This document shows positions 25,941 through 39,493 of a stretch of 64,000 nucleotides of DNA, one piece after another. The DNA is from Trichosphaerium sp. ATCC 40318 (lineage: Eukaryota > Protista > Tubulinea), in assembly GCA_038496445.1 (NCBI GenBank), contig JALMLS010000156.1, positions 108,797-172,796 on the forward strand, written 5' to 3'. Position 1 is the first letter of the stretch; the number at the start of each line of letters is the position of its first letter. Under the pieces are notes generated by a model that searched no databases, had not been told where the DNA came from, and was given only the letters and a program-made list of their open reading frames with translations. The translations under genes and the position numbers were made by a program.

Positions 25941-26912
25941 TGTTTGTTGTTTGTGTTTTAGTTATTAATAATAAACCACGGTACTAATATGGTAAAAATG
26001 TAACGTCACGTGTTAATTTCTTACTTTTTTTGTTTTTTCAATCAACATAGTTGACCCGAAAATCGAAAAAAGATTACTCATAATCCCATCAAACTATGTT
26101 AGTGTAACTGGCTTCTAGGAACCAAGAAAACAAATGTAACAATTAGTATGGCCCCAAACTGTCGCATCGAAGAAAAGATCTGAAGATACCCGCTAAGTAG
26201 AGCACGTGATAACCAAATACCAACAACAGTGAAAACTTGTGTGTAATTATATCAGCTCCAGGTTGGCAGTTTTGCCCCAAACTTAGGCGTGCTCAATGCC
26301 TATGCCCTTTAATCAAACATAAGAAAAGAACTGCATACTGTTCACAAGAAAAAGTGAATCTAGCGAAAATGCAAGATTGTCGGATTGTAAGTTTGCTAGT
26401 TCTTGCAAGAACTCATAGATGATGGTGCTCTTTTAAAACTTTGACGTAACCAGTGCAATGTGAATTACACAACTCATTATAACGCATACCATGCATGCCG
26501 TCTCTAGCCAATAGATTTTTTTCCAAGGGTAGCCGCTCATTTTCATACCTTCAATAGCCCAATGTCTTCAAAACAAATACTACATTGCCTCACGCAGTGC
26601 TAAGAAATTGATTTCAAGAATGCCTGATGATTCGTCAACCGTCATAGCTTACAAGAAGAGACAAAACCAGAAACCACCAATCCTTGCAAAATTCATTACG
26701 ACGTCTGAATGATTATTCGACAATTACGTGAATTGATGGCGTAATATTTATTTTCTACTCCTTCGGGATTAGCGTACATATCCTACAAGCAGTCGAATGC
26801 ACACTGTACTATTCAGCAAACCTTATTCAACAAAACGATTTTGAGGTTCAAAATCCTGTTTTAAACATTTAATTAAAACAAACCTCAAACGACCACAAAC
26901 CTTACGGAAACA

Positions 26913-27158
26913 ATGGGCGGAGCTATATCAGTACACAACGTAACCAAGAACGATGTCTATGTCCGAGTAATAACTGCCGGAAAAGGATTTCTCATCAAAG
27001 ACTTCGACAGTCCGTCTAAAACTACAACTAAAGCATACGATCTTGAAGCTGTATGGTACGATGTAGAAATTGTAGATGATGGTAAATCAACTTGGTTCAA
27101 AGGCGTCTACGCTGGATCTTACCCAACACTATCATACAAGGGTGTATCTAATAAGTAG
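26913..27158 (+). CDS. MGGxIS-family copy 2 (81 aa, lacks the C-terminal tail)
   Basis: Shares VRxxTAGxGxLxK, LEAVWYDV and KGVYAGSxP with copies 1 and 3. Confidence 0.8.
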   Translation: MGGAISVHNVTKNDVYVRVITAGKGFLIKDFDSPSKTTTKAYDLEAVWYDVEIVDDGKSTWFKGVYAGSYPTLSYKGVSNK

Positions 27159-27556
27159 AAGCGTAAAATTGTCTCAGCTAGACGAAAAACGCTAGAACTA
27201 TCACCGTCGTTTAACAACACGTGGTAGAGCAAGACTAACAGTGCAGGTTGGAGTGTATAAAAAACCAATTTTAACACCCAAGTATGAAGTAAGGGTGTAC
27301 TACACGCAGTCGAAGAAGCAATGTATGCACAACAACAATAAAAAATCGATTTTCAAAATTTGAATGCATTTATTGTCGTGAATACTGGTGCCTCCAGCAA
27401 GTTTTAAAAGCGCTATCAGTACCAGTAGATATCAATTATGATCATAAGCAATAGGCATAGAGCATAGGGTAATAACAACAGCGCAATGTAGTATATTGAA
27501 ATAACTTCAAGGTTTGGTTAGGTTTTATTCCGTATTTGCACAATACATGTAACTGC

Positions 27557-27865
27557 TTATGCTATTCTTTCAAGATTCAATGGCTGCACTTGTTTCTTGG
27601 AAGCTGTTGCATTGGCATGCGCTTTTATGGACCCAAGTGAGTACGATAGCAGTGGTTGAGAACCAGCATAAACTTCTTTGATCCATGTTGATTCGCCGTT
27701 GTCTATGACTTCTACGTCGTACCAAACAGCTTCAAGATGTTCAGCAACTGTTGTATTTTGAGATGGTGCTTTAATATCTTTGATAAGAATACCCTTTCCA
27801 GCTGTTGTTATTCGAACGCAGATATCGTTTTTGGCAAAGTTGGCAATTGATATTGATCCTCCCAT
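27557..27865 (-). CDS. MGGSIS-family copy 3 (102 aa)
   Basis: Same conserved blocks as copies 1 and 2. Confidence 0.85.
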   Translation of the reverse strand: MGGSISIANFAKNDICVRITTAGKGILIKDIKAPSQNTTVAEHLEAVWYDVEVIDNGESTWIKEVYAGSQPLLSYSLGSIKAHANATASKKQVQPLNLERIA

Positions 27866-28785
27866 TTCTGCTTAGCTTTGATTATTTGAGTGTTGCTAAG
27901 TTGTGTGATGGCGCTACCTTAAAAGTAGTTTAAAGTACCCAAATGTAAATCACGTGATAAATTGTCACCGACTTTTCGCTCACACTCTTTCACATGAAAC
28001 GAATTTGTGTCACTGAAGAGGAGCTGCTAACCAACACGTCTTAGACAGCTGAAATACCCTGTTAATAGTTTGAGCTTCACAAATCCTATTCGGAACTAGA
28101 AAGCTGCACTTGCAGTAGCGTGTCTCACTGAATACAGACTCGCCTAAAACACAAATCCTATCCGGAACAGGATTCACCTTGTTATACTAGCAACCTTTGC
28201 AAACAATTGCTCCAGTGCTTGGCTACTTCCGTGCCTTTGTACAGATAAGTCTGTGCTATCTATCAGGTTGTTGATGTTGTCATCACTATCGTAGAATGTT
28301 TTTGGGTGCATTGTTCGTCTTGCATGGTATTATGTCACCCAGTTGAAGTCTCCAGCAAAGAACAACATTTTTTGTGGGTATTTTTTGTTTTTGTTCTTCG
28401 TTCTTTTGTGTACAAGTATTTGAATGTCAAATCCTTCGTTTGATGAAAAGGATTTGGAGGCTGTTGCTGTGAATTTGTTTGAAATGAACTATGAGTAACG
28501 TGGTTTGAGATAGATGTATTAACTGCTCTATGTGATAGTTGCCAGTTTTATAAATCACGTGAACGCTATCCATTCTGTTAACACAAACTTTTTCACGTTT
28601 GTTTTGGTTTCAACAAATCATGGTCTTAAAAAGGATTAACAATCTGCCCTCTGTTACATTCTTCAAAAAGATAGCGATTTTTTGTCGTATGAAACGAAAA
28701 TGTAAGATTGTCTTTGCGTTACAACAAGTAATAGAAGATTTGGAAGAATGTAGTCTAAAATAACACGTTTTATTGTGTTTCTAAC

Positions 28786-30124
28786 TTATAAGCAAAATCC
28801 ACCGTCAACAAGTATCTGAGATCCTGTGAAATACTTTCCTTTTGGCGATAATAATAGCATAACTGTTTGAGCAAGATCGTCAAGGTCTCCAATCTTCTTC
28901 AATGCAGTCATTGACCTTAGTAACCAGTTAAAACTTGAACTTTTTTTTCAAATTATGTTGACGTACACGAGAGCATCAAGCATACCCTTGTCAACTTCAC
29001 TAAATATCTCAGTTGAGAAAGGGCCTGGACGGATACTATTCACACGAATATTGAATTCTCCCACTTCCTTTGCTGCATTCTTTGGTACTTGTTTAGCAAA
29101 AATCTGTTCGTGTACTAAAGAGTACCTTGGATAGCGCATCAACTGCTGCCTTGGTCATAACATATGCAGAATGTCCTGGCACGGCCTTTGATTGAATTAA
29201 AGGAATATTTTACTAGCTATTACTGGGTACCATAGTGGATGAGCACGAGCTGTTGTTCAGTATACTTCCACCTTTAGGTTCTTGTTTTTTCATTTGAGCG
29301 ATTTGATGTTTGACACAAAATAATGTGCCTTTAAGGTTCACACCTAAAATTTTCTATACCTGGTCAACAACACCTTAATAAACGATCAAGAATTACTCAC
29401 GTCGAATTCTGTCTCGGATAAATCATCAACGAACGTTTTAGGACCAAGAAAGCCAGCATTGTTGAACTAAATACGCAAAGTAAGAAAATAATAAAATACG
29501 AAAATAATTCAAGTCTTACAGTTCCATCGATTCTTCCATAAGCGCCAACAGTTTCTTCCATGAACCCAATAACATCTGTTTTTGTACGTATTAGACACCG
29601 GTTGTATACGTAAATAAACGTACCAGACTCCTTGGAAACATCGCAAACTGTGAACATTGCTGTACCTCCGTTCTTGGTAATGGTACTCACAATACTGTCT
29701 CCTTTTTCTTTTCTTCGACCACACATAGAAACCATCGCACCTTATCACGTGAGAAAAGCATGTAGTGACAAAAAAAGTTTAACAGTACCTTCTCTAGCGC
29801 AGGCAATAGCTACTGCTTCTCCAATACCAGAAGTGGCGCCAGTTACCTTGTTAAAGTGTTTGAAAGACACTTTCCAAAAAGAAAAAAAGTGTGGGGAAAA
29901 ATGGAGAAAAGTGACAGCAAATCGCAGCAACACGCCATTTTGAAACAACAATGAAAAAGGAAACATTGGGATTGGGATATGTGCCCGATTTTTTCTTTAG
30001 AACTGTTTTGTGTTCTCGATATGAGCATTACAAAAAGGTGTATGCTGTGGAGCAAAAGGGAAATTTGACAACAGTGACAGTATCTACGTATCTATCGTAC
30101 TTGTATTACTTGTCCTTTAAGCAT
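28786..30124 (-). CDS. SDR copy 3
   Basis: Same exon structure; 254-nt intron 1 homologous to that of copy 1; ends GGFCL*. Confidence 0.93.
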
Positions 30125-30559
30125 TGCTTGTTGTTTTTTGGTGTTGTGGGTAATAATAATAAACACTATGCGCACACAGTCAACAGTATTCTAATACGGT
30201 AAAAATGTGATTACACGTGTCAATTCTTACCTTTTTTGTTTTTGAATCAACCAACGTTCTAACCACTATGGAAACTTTTGGGACATATGTAGCATAAACA
30301 GGCAAATTGCGGTAGTGTCTAAAATGTTTACGGGTTAAAGCTTGTGGCAGGGCAACACTGTTCACCGTTCAAATCTTAATAAGGCCAGTCACAACTTTTG
30401 TTCATTTCATACCCATTTAACACAAATCAAGAAATGGCCGCTTGCTGTAATGGAGCAAAGGTGTTTTACAGTTACGTTCAAAACGAGAAAGTGCACCCAA
30501 ATTTGCAGATTTACCAAACGCAAAATAGATGAAATAAACACTGTATTTACCTTCACCTT

Positions 30560-30950
30560 TATATTTTGCCGTGCGTTTCTTAAAGACCAAGGTAATACTG
30601 CTTTTCGTAAAGGTCGTATAAGACTACAACAACAAAGAAAATGATGATCAACTAAAAGGAAAGTAAGAAAGAGAAACATCACAAATGACGTAAATAGGAT
30701 GATTTACCAATACGATTACACCAATAGTTGCTCCAATGATGATACCCATATTACTACTTCCATTGCAAGTATCTGTGAAAATTGAAAGCGCAAGACTAAA
30801 ATAATGGATTAAAAGAATACTGATGGATAGTTGTACCCTGCTGTAGTGCGTTGTTTTTGAGTTTGAACACATTCATGATTTGCCACCTGTATGTGTTCGA
30901 CTCCAATGATACAAGGAGATTCGATCCTATCAGTGATATCAATGGACATT
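30560..30950 (-). pseudogene. 3' fragment of the 41.8/46.3-kb surface-protein family
   Basis: Near-identical to 44150-44495 including introns. It has a 1-nt deletion in the last exon (GTAGTCTT vs GTATGTCTT) and lacks the 5' exons. Confidence 0.85.
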
Positions 30951-31135
30951 CCAGATAACAGGAAAAAAAAAAAACTAGTTGATCACACTCTTTTATTTTT
31001 AACGCCGCCGCTTTCTTCGACGCTACGTACAAGTCGTAGCCAACCGACCATAAATGATTAGGTGTAGATATCAATAGAGTGGCTTGTTGAACGAACACCT
31101 GACAAAAAAACTAGTTGATCGCACTTTTTTTTATT

Positions 31136-34100
31136 TTACACTGCGCCAATATCAATCTTCTTGTTCGCTACGTACAAGTCTCCACTTACCGCCACATATA
31201 GGACATATTGAACACCAAGTTTTCCTCCAATCTTCACCTATTAAACAAAGAATAAGTGAAAGGAGAACAAAAAAGCAAAAAACATTCAGAAAAAAAAAAA
31301 AGACGAAAACACAATGAAGAAGTTTCGCTCCTTACCTGTCTGTGATCTCTCAAACGGTAGAGCATACCTATTACATCTAAAGAAACATTAGTATTTTGTA
31401 TCTGAATACGAACAGATGTAATCGTGATATACATACCTGGTGCATTGTTTAACAATCTTTGCTTCTCCTATTTTTTTATGACTGATACAATCCTTTTCAT
31501 CTTTTACACACTTAAGTTTTGACTCTGATTCAGCATGATAAAACTCTGGGGGTACTGATGCTTCTAGAGGATCAAGTTTTACATCTGGTCTAGAAATATC
31601 ATCAGTAACAGGACCAATATCGTCAACCTTTTAGGTAAAAAAGTTAGGAAAGAAACAGAAGACAAAAACAAAATAATGACTCACGAAGTTTGATTCAAGT
31701 ATTCTGTGCCTCTCCTGAGGGCATAGATTGAGTGTAGTGATTAACAATGTTCTTGAAAAGACTATAGGCTTCATGTTAGGTAATCTACGTGCTATAGACT
31801 GAAGACTATATGCCACAGCACCGCTCGCATATCTCGCATCTTCAAATAAAAAGTTAAATCGTTTCGAAGCAGAAATCACACTTACTCAATTGTTTTATAG
31901 GCTCCATGAGTGCCGCAAACAGCGCATGTGGTCTTCCAACACGCTTATTAAATACATGTGTAGTATTCTTCGTAGGTTCGCCGTGTTTTTGGGAATAATA
32001 AGAGAAGATAATGTGTAAGATATCAACCATAAGAGTTGATGTATGTTCCTCAAACAGTAAGCTCAACTACAGCATATATAAGACGAATCAACTTGAAGTT
32101 TTAGATTGTATGCTCGGTTTCAACTATTGTGAACATTATAGACGTACACCAAACTCATGTGCTCCATCATCAGCTATAGAAAAATATTCTTCGAAAGATT
32201 TTGGTTCTGTTTCATAGTTGATAGCACGTCTGTTGTGTGACTGTGGTTTGTAGTTAGAATATAAGAGGCTTGAGCTTAAGTGGTTATTAATATTAACTAG
32301 TACCTGTGCATCTACTTCTCCATAATCTTGAAGCTACATGAAGGCGTCAAAATCCGTAGCAAACATAAAATTATATTTTTAAACAAAATGACGAGAAAAA
32401 AACCAAGATGGTCGTACACCAGTAGGTGTCATTAGATCAGGGGACACATGCTGCGGAGAAGTTCCATCAAAGTAATTTGGCGAAGTACCTAGGAAGTTAG
32501 AACAACATAAGATACAAAATGTGACACTAACGAAAAAAGCTGGGAAAAAAAGAAATTGCAACAAGTGAAAGGATTTAGAACTACTCTAATAAAGTGCTGA
32601 GAAAACATTGAATAGAATAAACTAGTAGGTTGAAAAGTATATTTTAGGTAAAAATACGTACTGTTGCCATTCCAATACCCTTTATTAAAAAACCAAGCAT
32701 TAGTTTTTTTTTGTATTACTTTGAACTTACCAGGGGATATCCCATCAGGTGTATTCCTTAACATAGGTGATGTAACATTCATAGATGCACCATGATTATT
32801 TGTAGGAGTATCACGACGTGTTATTGGAGAAGTAGCATTAGGTCTCTTATTCAAACGATTCAGAAAACCTCCAACTTCTTTAATCTAAAAATAAAAAAAT
32901 TAACCAAAACTCACGGCCTTCATCCTCTATTGAGACACAAGATGTCAACAAAAATACGTACTAACAATAGACCAAACACAGAGAACCAATCTGCAAGACC
33001 GTCAAGTGAATCTAAGCTTGGTTTTGGCCAAAGATCAACTTGTCTTTTTGCACCAAAATTATCGGTGATCTTACTCTTTAATATAGCTTCTAACTTTATA
33101 GGATCATTTACTGTACTTGTTAAAGAATCATAAATAAGCATAAGATAGAGTCTTGTTTGAGAATTCCAATAATTAACACGCATATTTTTAGAACTCCTAA
33201 AAATAAATCAGCAAGAAGTTAGTCAAACTGGAAAAAATAATTCCTCTTTTTTTCTCAAAAAGATTTCAAGCTTCTCAGTAGAAGTATTATATTTACTAGT
33301 AGAACTATGATATCTTACCTGTATATAGCACTTTTAAAAGCTTCAATACGCGGCCTGTTAAGATCCTTATCTTGTGTAGTTAACTTTTTCCAATCTTTTT
33401 GTATTAATATTATAACATCTTTATATACACTCCTGTACTCTCCATAATCAGCTAACCCTTGTAAAAACAATAAAATATCCCACCTATTAAATAAATTGGT
33501 AAGTCAGAGCTACACAAAGTACAGTATTTTGGCGCAACACAAAAAATTTAAAGCTATCAAAAAAAAAATACTAAGGTGGTTTTCCTTACCAATCTGTGTT
33601 CTTTACAAGAGAAAGTTCAAACATGTCGGTTATATCTCTACCAGGGGATGTCAATCCATCAGCTAAAAGATTACATAAGCACGTTTTAAATTAGGTTGGA
33701 TGAAAAAACTGGTAACATATTTTCTACTCCCTTACCACGTATCCTTGTGAATGGTAGCAACAATACTTGTATTTGTGTTGATAAAGTTAACGTAACAATA
33801 CATAATCCATTAGGTGATATACACAAACAGAACGGGATCATAGGTGTTTCTGACATTAGAGGGTGCACCTCAACAGCGGCTATAAACAAAAAAGTTAAAC
33901 CAAACATTTCTTTCATAGAAATATTGACATGTAACACTTACGTGAGTACGTATGTAACCGCTTAGTATCTCTTTCAAATTCACCAGGGAACGGTCGCTTT
34001 TCAGGTTTTTGCTTAAGGTCGTTGTCTTTTGAATAAAATAAGTACACCTACTCATGAAGCATAACAAAAGCAAGAGGAATAAAATGCATACCATAGAATT

Positions 34101-36477
34101 CTAAAAAGATATCATCGAGATCATCTACAGCGCTTATAGGTAAATCATTCGGGATCTCAGGTTCCGCAGTATCTAGACCTGCACCTCCTTCTTTACGGAC
34201 ACTAGAACCACTGCCTGGTTTCAATAGATTGTTGATTTGTTCAGCAAGAGTAGTATAACTTGAAGCAAGTGACAATGAACGGCTATAAATAAACAATGAG
34301 CTTGCTTGTCGGATGGTTATTGCCGCATTGATACGTACATGTCACGTGCTTCTACATGACCATCCAGAAATGTCAAAAGTACATAGTCAAAAGGATGACA
34401 AGATATACTAAGAGGGAATCTGTCAGGTACGTTTTTCATAAAGGGAGCATCACGAGTTTCATTTGGAATTGCATGGCTGTCCTCCAAAGTCTCACTTTTT
34501 GTATTCACCCACTTGTTTACCTAATACTTATTAGCTACAGTACACTGAATGTGAAAAAAATTAAAACTGCAAGGTGAAAAAACCCGATGCATTACCCTGC
34601 GTTGTGGCATTGCATTGAATACTGGATCGAGTACAGCGACATTGTTTTGCATTTCCCATCGTTCCAATGTAGTCTTTTTTCCACCTATTTGTAATTAAAT
34701 AAAGAAATGATCCAAAAAAGTTCAAAAGAAGAAAAAGCTTACTGGTAACCAAAAACAAAACTGCTGGATTCTGATAGTGAAAAGATACATGAGCAACACG
34801 TGTTTGTATAGGCTCTGGAGTAGGTATAGGTTGATACGTATTAATAGGTATACGCGAATGAAGTTTACAAGAGATAGCTACAACGTTAAGGATCAAATAG
34901 CAACATATTATCTAGTATGAAAAAATGTGGAAAAATCATAGTAAAAAAACACGTGTAGGATACTCTTAGCGTTACAGTCAATAAAAACATCGTATATACA
35001 AACGTGAGATATCTTAATTCTTGGTGCTTGTCCACTCACAATAGCCAACTTCGCATGTGTTGCTTGTAATGGTTAAAACGAAAATAAGGTTAAGAGAATG
35101 GTAATAATTCGTTTTTAGTCTACGAAACAGATATTTACATACCTTTAGTGATTATGATATCAACAGCAGATACTGTAAGCTCGTGATGTGGGATTTGTGT
35201 AGAGAAACTACTCCATTTCATCTCTAGAGGTAGTTTACATCTACATTCTATCTAACGTAAAGAAATTAACTCAAATAACTTCCTCTTGGCATTTAAATAA
35301 GCTTATATCACGTACCCGACCCTTCGAACATACTGCCAAGAGAACACGGTTACCCAAAGAAGTATCTGTTTTAAAAAAAGTGAGAAAAAGAACCAATTCC
35401 AACAGGAAAAACGAAAAAGGAACTAAAAAGATATTTCACCTGATAACTTGTATCCCGGCTTAGAAAACTTAGCTCTCAGTGTAGTATATGACTTCTTAGG
35501 GGTTTTAAAAGCATACTGTAAATAGTTAGCGCAAGTCATAATGTTGGAATCAAAAGGTGAAAACATACTTGTATTTGTGGCTCTAGCCACTTGCATAGAA
35601 CTACTGACTCAATGCCGAAGCTCTGATCACACTTCCATCTGTTGATAGCGTAATCCTAAAACAAATTAAATAACATACGCCAAAATAACATTGACCACTT
35701 GTGAGGCAACATCAAAGCAACGACTTGTCAACAAAAAACAAAAATGGTCCAACAAAAACAAACCGTGTCGTTTTGGAACTGTTTGACACTTGATGTGTTA
35801 AGTTGATGTCTCTACACTCACTTTAATGCGCCAAATTTGGACCAGATTGTAACTATCACATGACATCAAGTAAACACCGTCTTGGGACCATTCAAGCTGA
35901 GTAATGCCTGTACGATGTGATGTTGGAACAGAACATACAAATTGTGGGCTGTCAGCATTTACAATAAAAATCGGTGAAGCAATGCTTATATTAAAACGCG
36001 TTAGTAGTGTGTTTCAACAAAGCTGAGAGAAAGAAATAAAAAACAAAAATAAAAGGTTTTTTGTAGACTACTAGTATCACTAAACGCGTAATATGTACCC
36101 TCTCTCTGAATACACGCCATCAAATGGTGTGTAAGCTATCAAGTTTCCTGAAGACCAAGCAACACATCTAAGAAGCGTCAAAAACGATCTAAAATCATGC
36201 CGAGAGGCATTTGGCGGTTAATTAGCCAAATCTTTTCAATTGTCTCAACTGACGATCTTGTTTAAATAATAAAACGTACTGTTTGGTTGGATAAGCTGTA
36301 ACCTCCTTTACCAGATCGTAAAATGTCGATTTCTTCCGTTTGCTTGGTAATTCATGCCACGATAGTCCCTTTGGCTTACCAACGAATACTACAGCTCGTG
36401 TCAATTGACAAAACACCAAAGTTCCTCATTAGCAGATATGGTGGTACCTTCACGAAGATGCGGGGCTAATCTCATGG
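31136..36477 (-). CDS. MED16: Mediator subunit 16 (MED16/Sin4)-like; start codon approximate
   Basis: CVAWSSGNLIAYT, HRTGITQLEWSQDGVYLMSCD..VQIW, DYAINRW, LTFLDGHVEARD, ISPNGLC and WDILL match the order of MED16 motifs as I recall them. Confidence 0.8.
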
Positions 36478-36613
36478 TATTTACGCTCTAAACGACTTTA
36501 TCATTTACGGTATCAGCTTTTCAACCAACGGCATTCTGAAAGTCAAAAAGCTTCTGTCTCGTTTTCCCGAATTTCCAAACCAGTTTGAAAGCCTTTGTAG
36601 CGTGTATAGCACC

Positions 36614-37876
36614 ATGTCAATGGAAGGGGGTACACAATGATTTGCATTTATTAGTTTATGCTCACCGCTAGCAGATATAAAGTTTAATTCGTTCGACCCG
36701 CACTTCCGGTTCCCGGGTAGCCCGCACGGAGATTCTCCAAGAGATTCAGCGCGTAAATCGAGGAGAAGAACTACTGCTTTCGACCGTGAGGACATGCGCG
36801 CTGCAAGAGAGCAGTTCGAGCGCGAACAAAACGAGGTACAAGAAATGGAGTTCCTTCGTTTTTTTTTGGGTAATTTATCGCATAACGTGCCACGCGAATA
36901 TAAAACTCGCTGAGCGGTTTAAAAATGCCTACGTAATCAAAACGTTAAATTTCCTTTGATGACTCAGCGTAATGCATCTTTTTCATTTAATTACAACGCA
37001 CACAGCATTGTCATTTGTGTCGGAGTAGTTTCTGGCTCAAGCAATAAAAAACATGTGTTTCACCAAAAAAAAACCGAACGGCACAAACAGTTGACGTTAT
37101 ACATTAATATCTACACGGTATAAATGTATAACGTACAATTTTAACGATTTAACACTTGCCTGTAACAAACAATTAATTATTTCTCTTCAGCCTCCTGTTA
37201 CAGTTCCAAACGTCGTAGACTTGATAACACAGAATATTGTACCACTCGTAAGCTTAATATCAACGTCTGTTACTGGCGTTGCAGCGAAAGCGAAAGAGGA
37301 CGAAAATGTTGCTCCGTATGTTGAACAATATAAAAGCACTATAGGAACAAAAGGAGCTGTACGTACTGGTCCATCAATCAAAAATTAGTTTCTCGTGTCT
37401 CAAAGGAAGCTTTTTTGGTAAAATCAAAAAACTGAATTTTCTCGTTTTCTCCTTTTCTTTAGGTTGAATTGGGTTTAAACGTTCTTATATTTATTTGTAG
37501 ATGGGTATGATAGTACCAGGCATAATTGGTTTGGTTATTTTCTATCTGTTCTACGGTGTTTTCGCGTTTTTCTTCAGAACGTGTATTTTCGCATTTTTGG
37601 GTTACTCAACCCTTTACGTTGTTAATTCCTCGCGTCTCGCTCATACTCAAAGCCAAAAGCATATGGCTTATGTTGGTACGTCTTATACTCATTGTTGTGG
37701 TTATTCAATCGTTGTTCTCACTTGTTTTTGAAGGGTGGACTGGTCTCATGATTTATTTGTTTCAAGCAATTGTTTTGTGATCTTTGTACCTGAAATGATT
37801 TTTGGACGTCTTTGGGAGTATTTTAAAACCTGTAACCCTTTTTTCTCATTCTTTCTCTTTCAATCAGTCAGATGAG
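36614..37876 (+). CDS. hypothetical membrane protein
   Basis: Spliced MSMEG|DIKFNSFDPHF...EREQNE|PPVTV...KGA|MGMIVPGIIGLVIFYLFYGVFAFFF; 3' exons are uncertain. Confidence 0.6.
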
Positions 37877-38066
37877 AAGAGGGTTTCTGGAAATAAAATA
37901 AAAAAAAAGGAAAACTGAACTTGAGCTTGTAAGGGGAGTTGCATGATTTTTCAATGTAAAGGACAACTTCTTATGTAGTAATAAATGGAAGATATAAGCT
38001 TAATATTGTTAATTTTGTTTTGTCGGTTGAGAATAAGTACTCAAAGTGAGTGTTTGTAAATTTTTT

Positions 38067-39057
38067 TTACGCTGTCTTTTCTGTTGGCATTGCGTAAGAG
38101 CCAAAGAGTTTATCCCATATAACAAATGATGTGGCTAGGTTTTTGGCATGACCTTGATAGTTTGATAAATAGTGGTGTCTGTCATGAAATTTTGATGATG
38201 CGTGATACGGAAGGAATGCCAAAGGAGTCCATGGAAAGTCCCAGCTAAAGAAAAAGTTAGCCGTTTTTTTCCTTTCTCACTAAAAGATAGTATAAACAAC
38301 TCACCCACTGTGGTTCCCTACATCCACAATTACTCGAAGAAATATGAACACGTATAGTACAATTATATTTGGCTTCATTATTGCACAAGCAATGAAAGTA
38401 CCTGAAAGAAAATAGAGTTAACCTCACTTATGTTACGTTCAGAAGAATGCGAACCATTGCTAACAAGTAGGCTTTCAAGAGGATGTAAGTAATTTGTTGA
38501 TAGCGCTGTAGGTTGTCTGACTTGGTGATGAATAGAGTGTACATTCTCCCATAACCAAGGTACTGAATGAAGCATCTTGTGGTTCAAAAAGAAATAAAAG
38601 TCATCTACAAGAAGCATGCACAAGAAAACAAAACAACTCGACATTAAATCGGGTAAACCCTCTTCTACCTTTATCACGTGATTTTAGATATACTTATTTA
38701 TAAATATAGTACCTTAGTTACAAAAGGAAGAAGAAAAGAGCCAGCAAAAGCTGTTGCAAACAAAGCTATTTGCATCACAACTGCGCGATTAAATAATTCC
38801 GTAATAGTCTTTGATGTACGCCTTTTGGTAGTATCTAATTTGCTCGTTACTCATTGATGGCTTGCTGGCAAGCGATTTTGTAACGTTAACAGTGTAAATA
38901 AGGGCCTACTTGGTTTGTATGTTATTTTGAAGCGATTGTAAAACCATTTAGGCGCATAGTGGTCTAAAAAGCTTGATACAACGCAAACAAGCGCGTTGGC
39001 TGCTAATTGTATAAAATACGGTATCCATAAGAATATAATCCAACCGTTGTTTGGCAT
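38067..39057 (-). CDS. fatty-acid hydroxylase / sterol desaturase superfamily (ERG25/CH25H-like)
   Basis: His boxes HKMLH, HSIHH, HPLE, NHSG and HDRHH, plus WDKLFGS. The start may lie further upstream. Confidence 0.9.
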
Positions 39058-39493
39058 GAAATGATTCCAACTCTATGGTTGTTTAGTCAAGAATAGTCCC
39101 ATTGAAATCAGTTGTCACTGTGCCTACGAAGAAGCGTCAATTCAAAGAACGTCTCTGACCTTTTGCACTGACACGTACAATTTCTGTAAACTCATTACAC
39201 GGTCACAACAATAACTTCATAAGTGATAGAGTCAATGTATTCCAGTTGAAGTTCAATTATAACCACCTTTTCAGCACGTGCATCTATTGTAACTTGTAGA
39301 ATCATACTAATCCCTCCTTGTAGGAGGACGCCCATATTTGCGTTTTAGTAAATGCAACTAGCAAATACAGAATAGAATAGCAGAAAAAGAACAAACTATG
39401 TAAGGTTTTATTTGAGTTTTGACACAACACAAAAATAAACCTGATGCTAATACAGAATTTTTTTTATTTTGTTGCTACAATGTACTCTCGTTT

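Noticed and set aside
36685-36835. GC-rich stretch with GTTCGA, suggesting a tRNA or SRP RNA
   Set aside because: No cloverleaf; it reads as an in-frame coding exon (DIKFNSFDPHF...EREQNE) between GT-AG introns.
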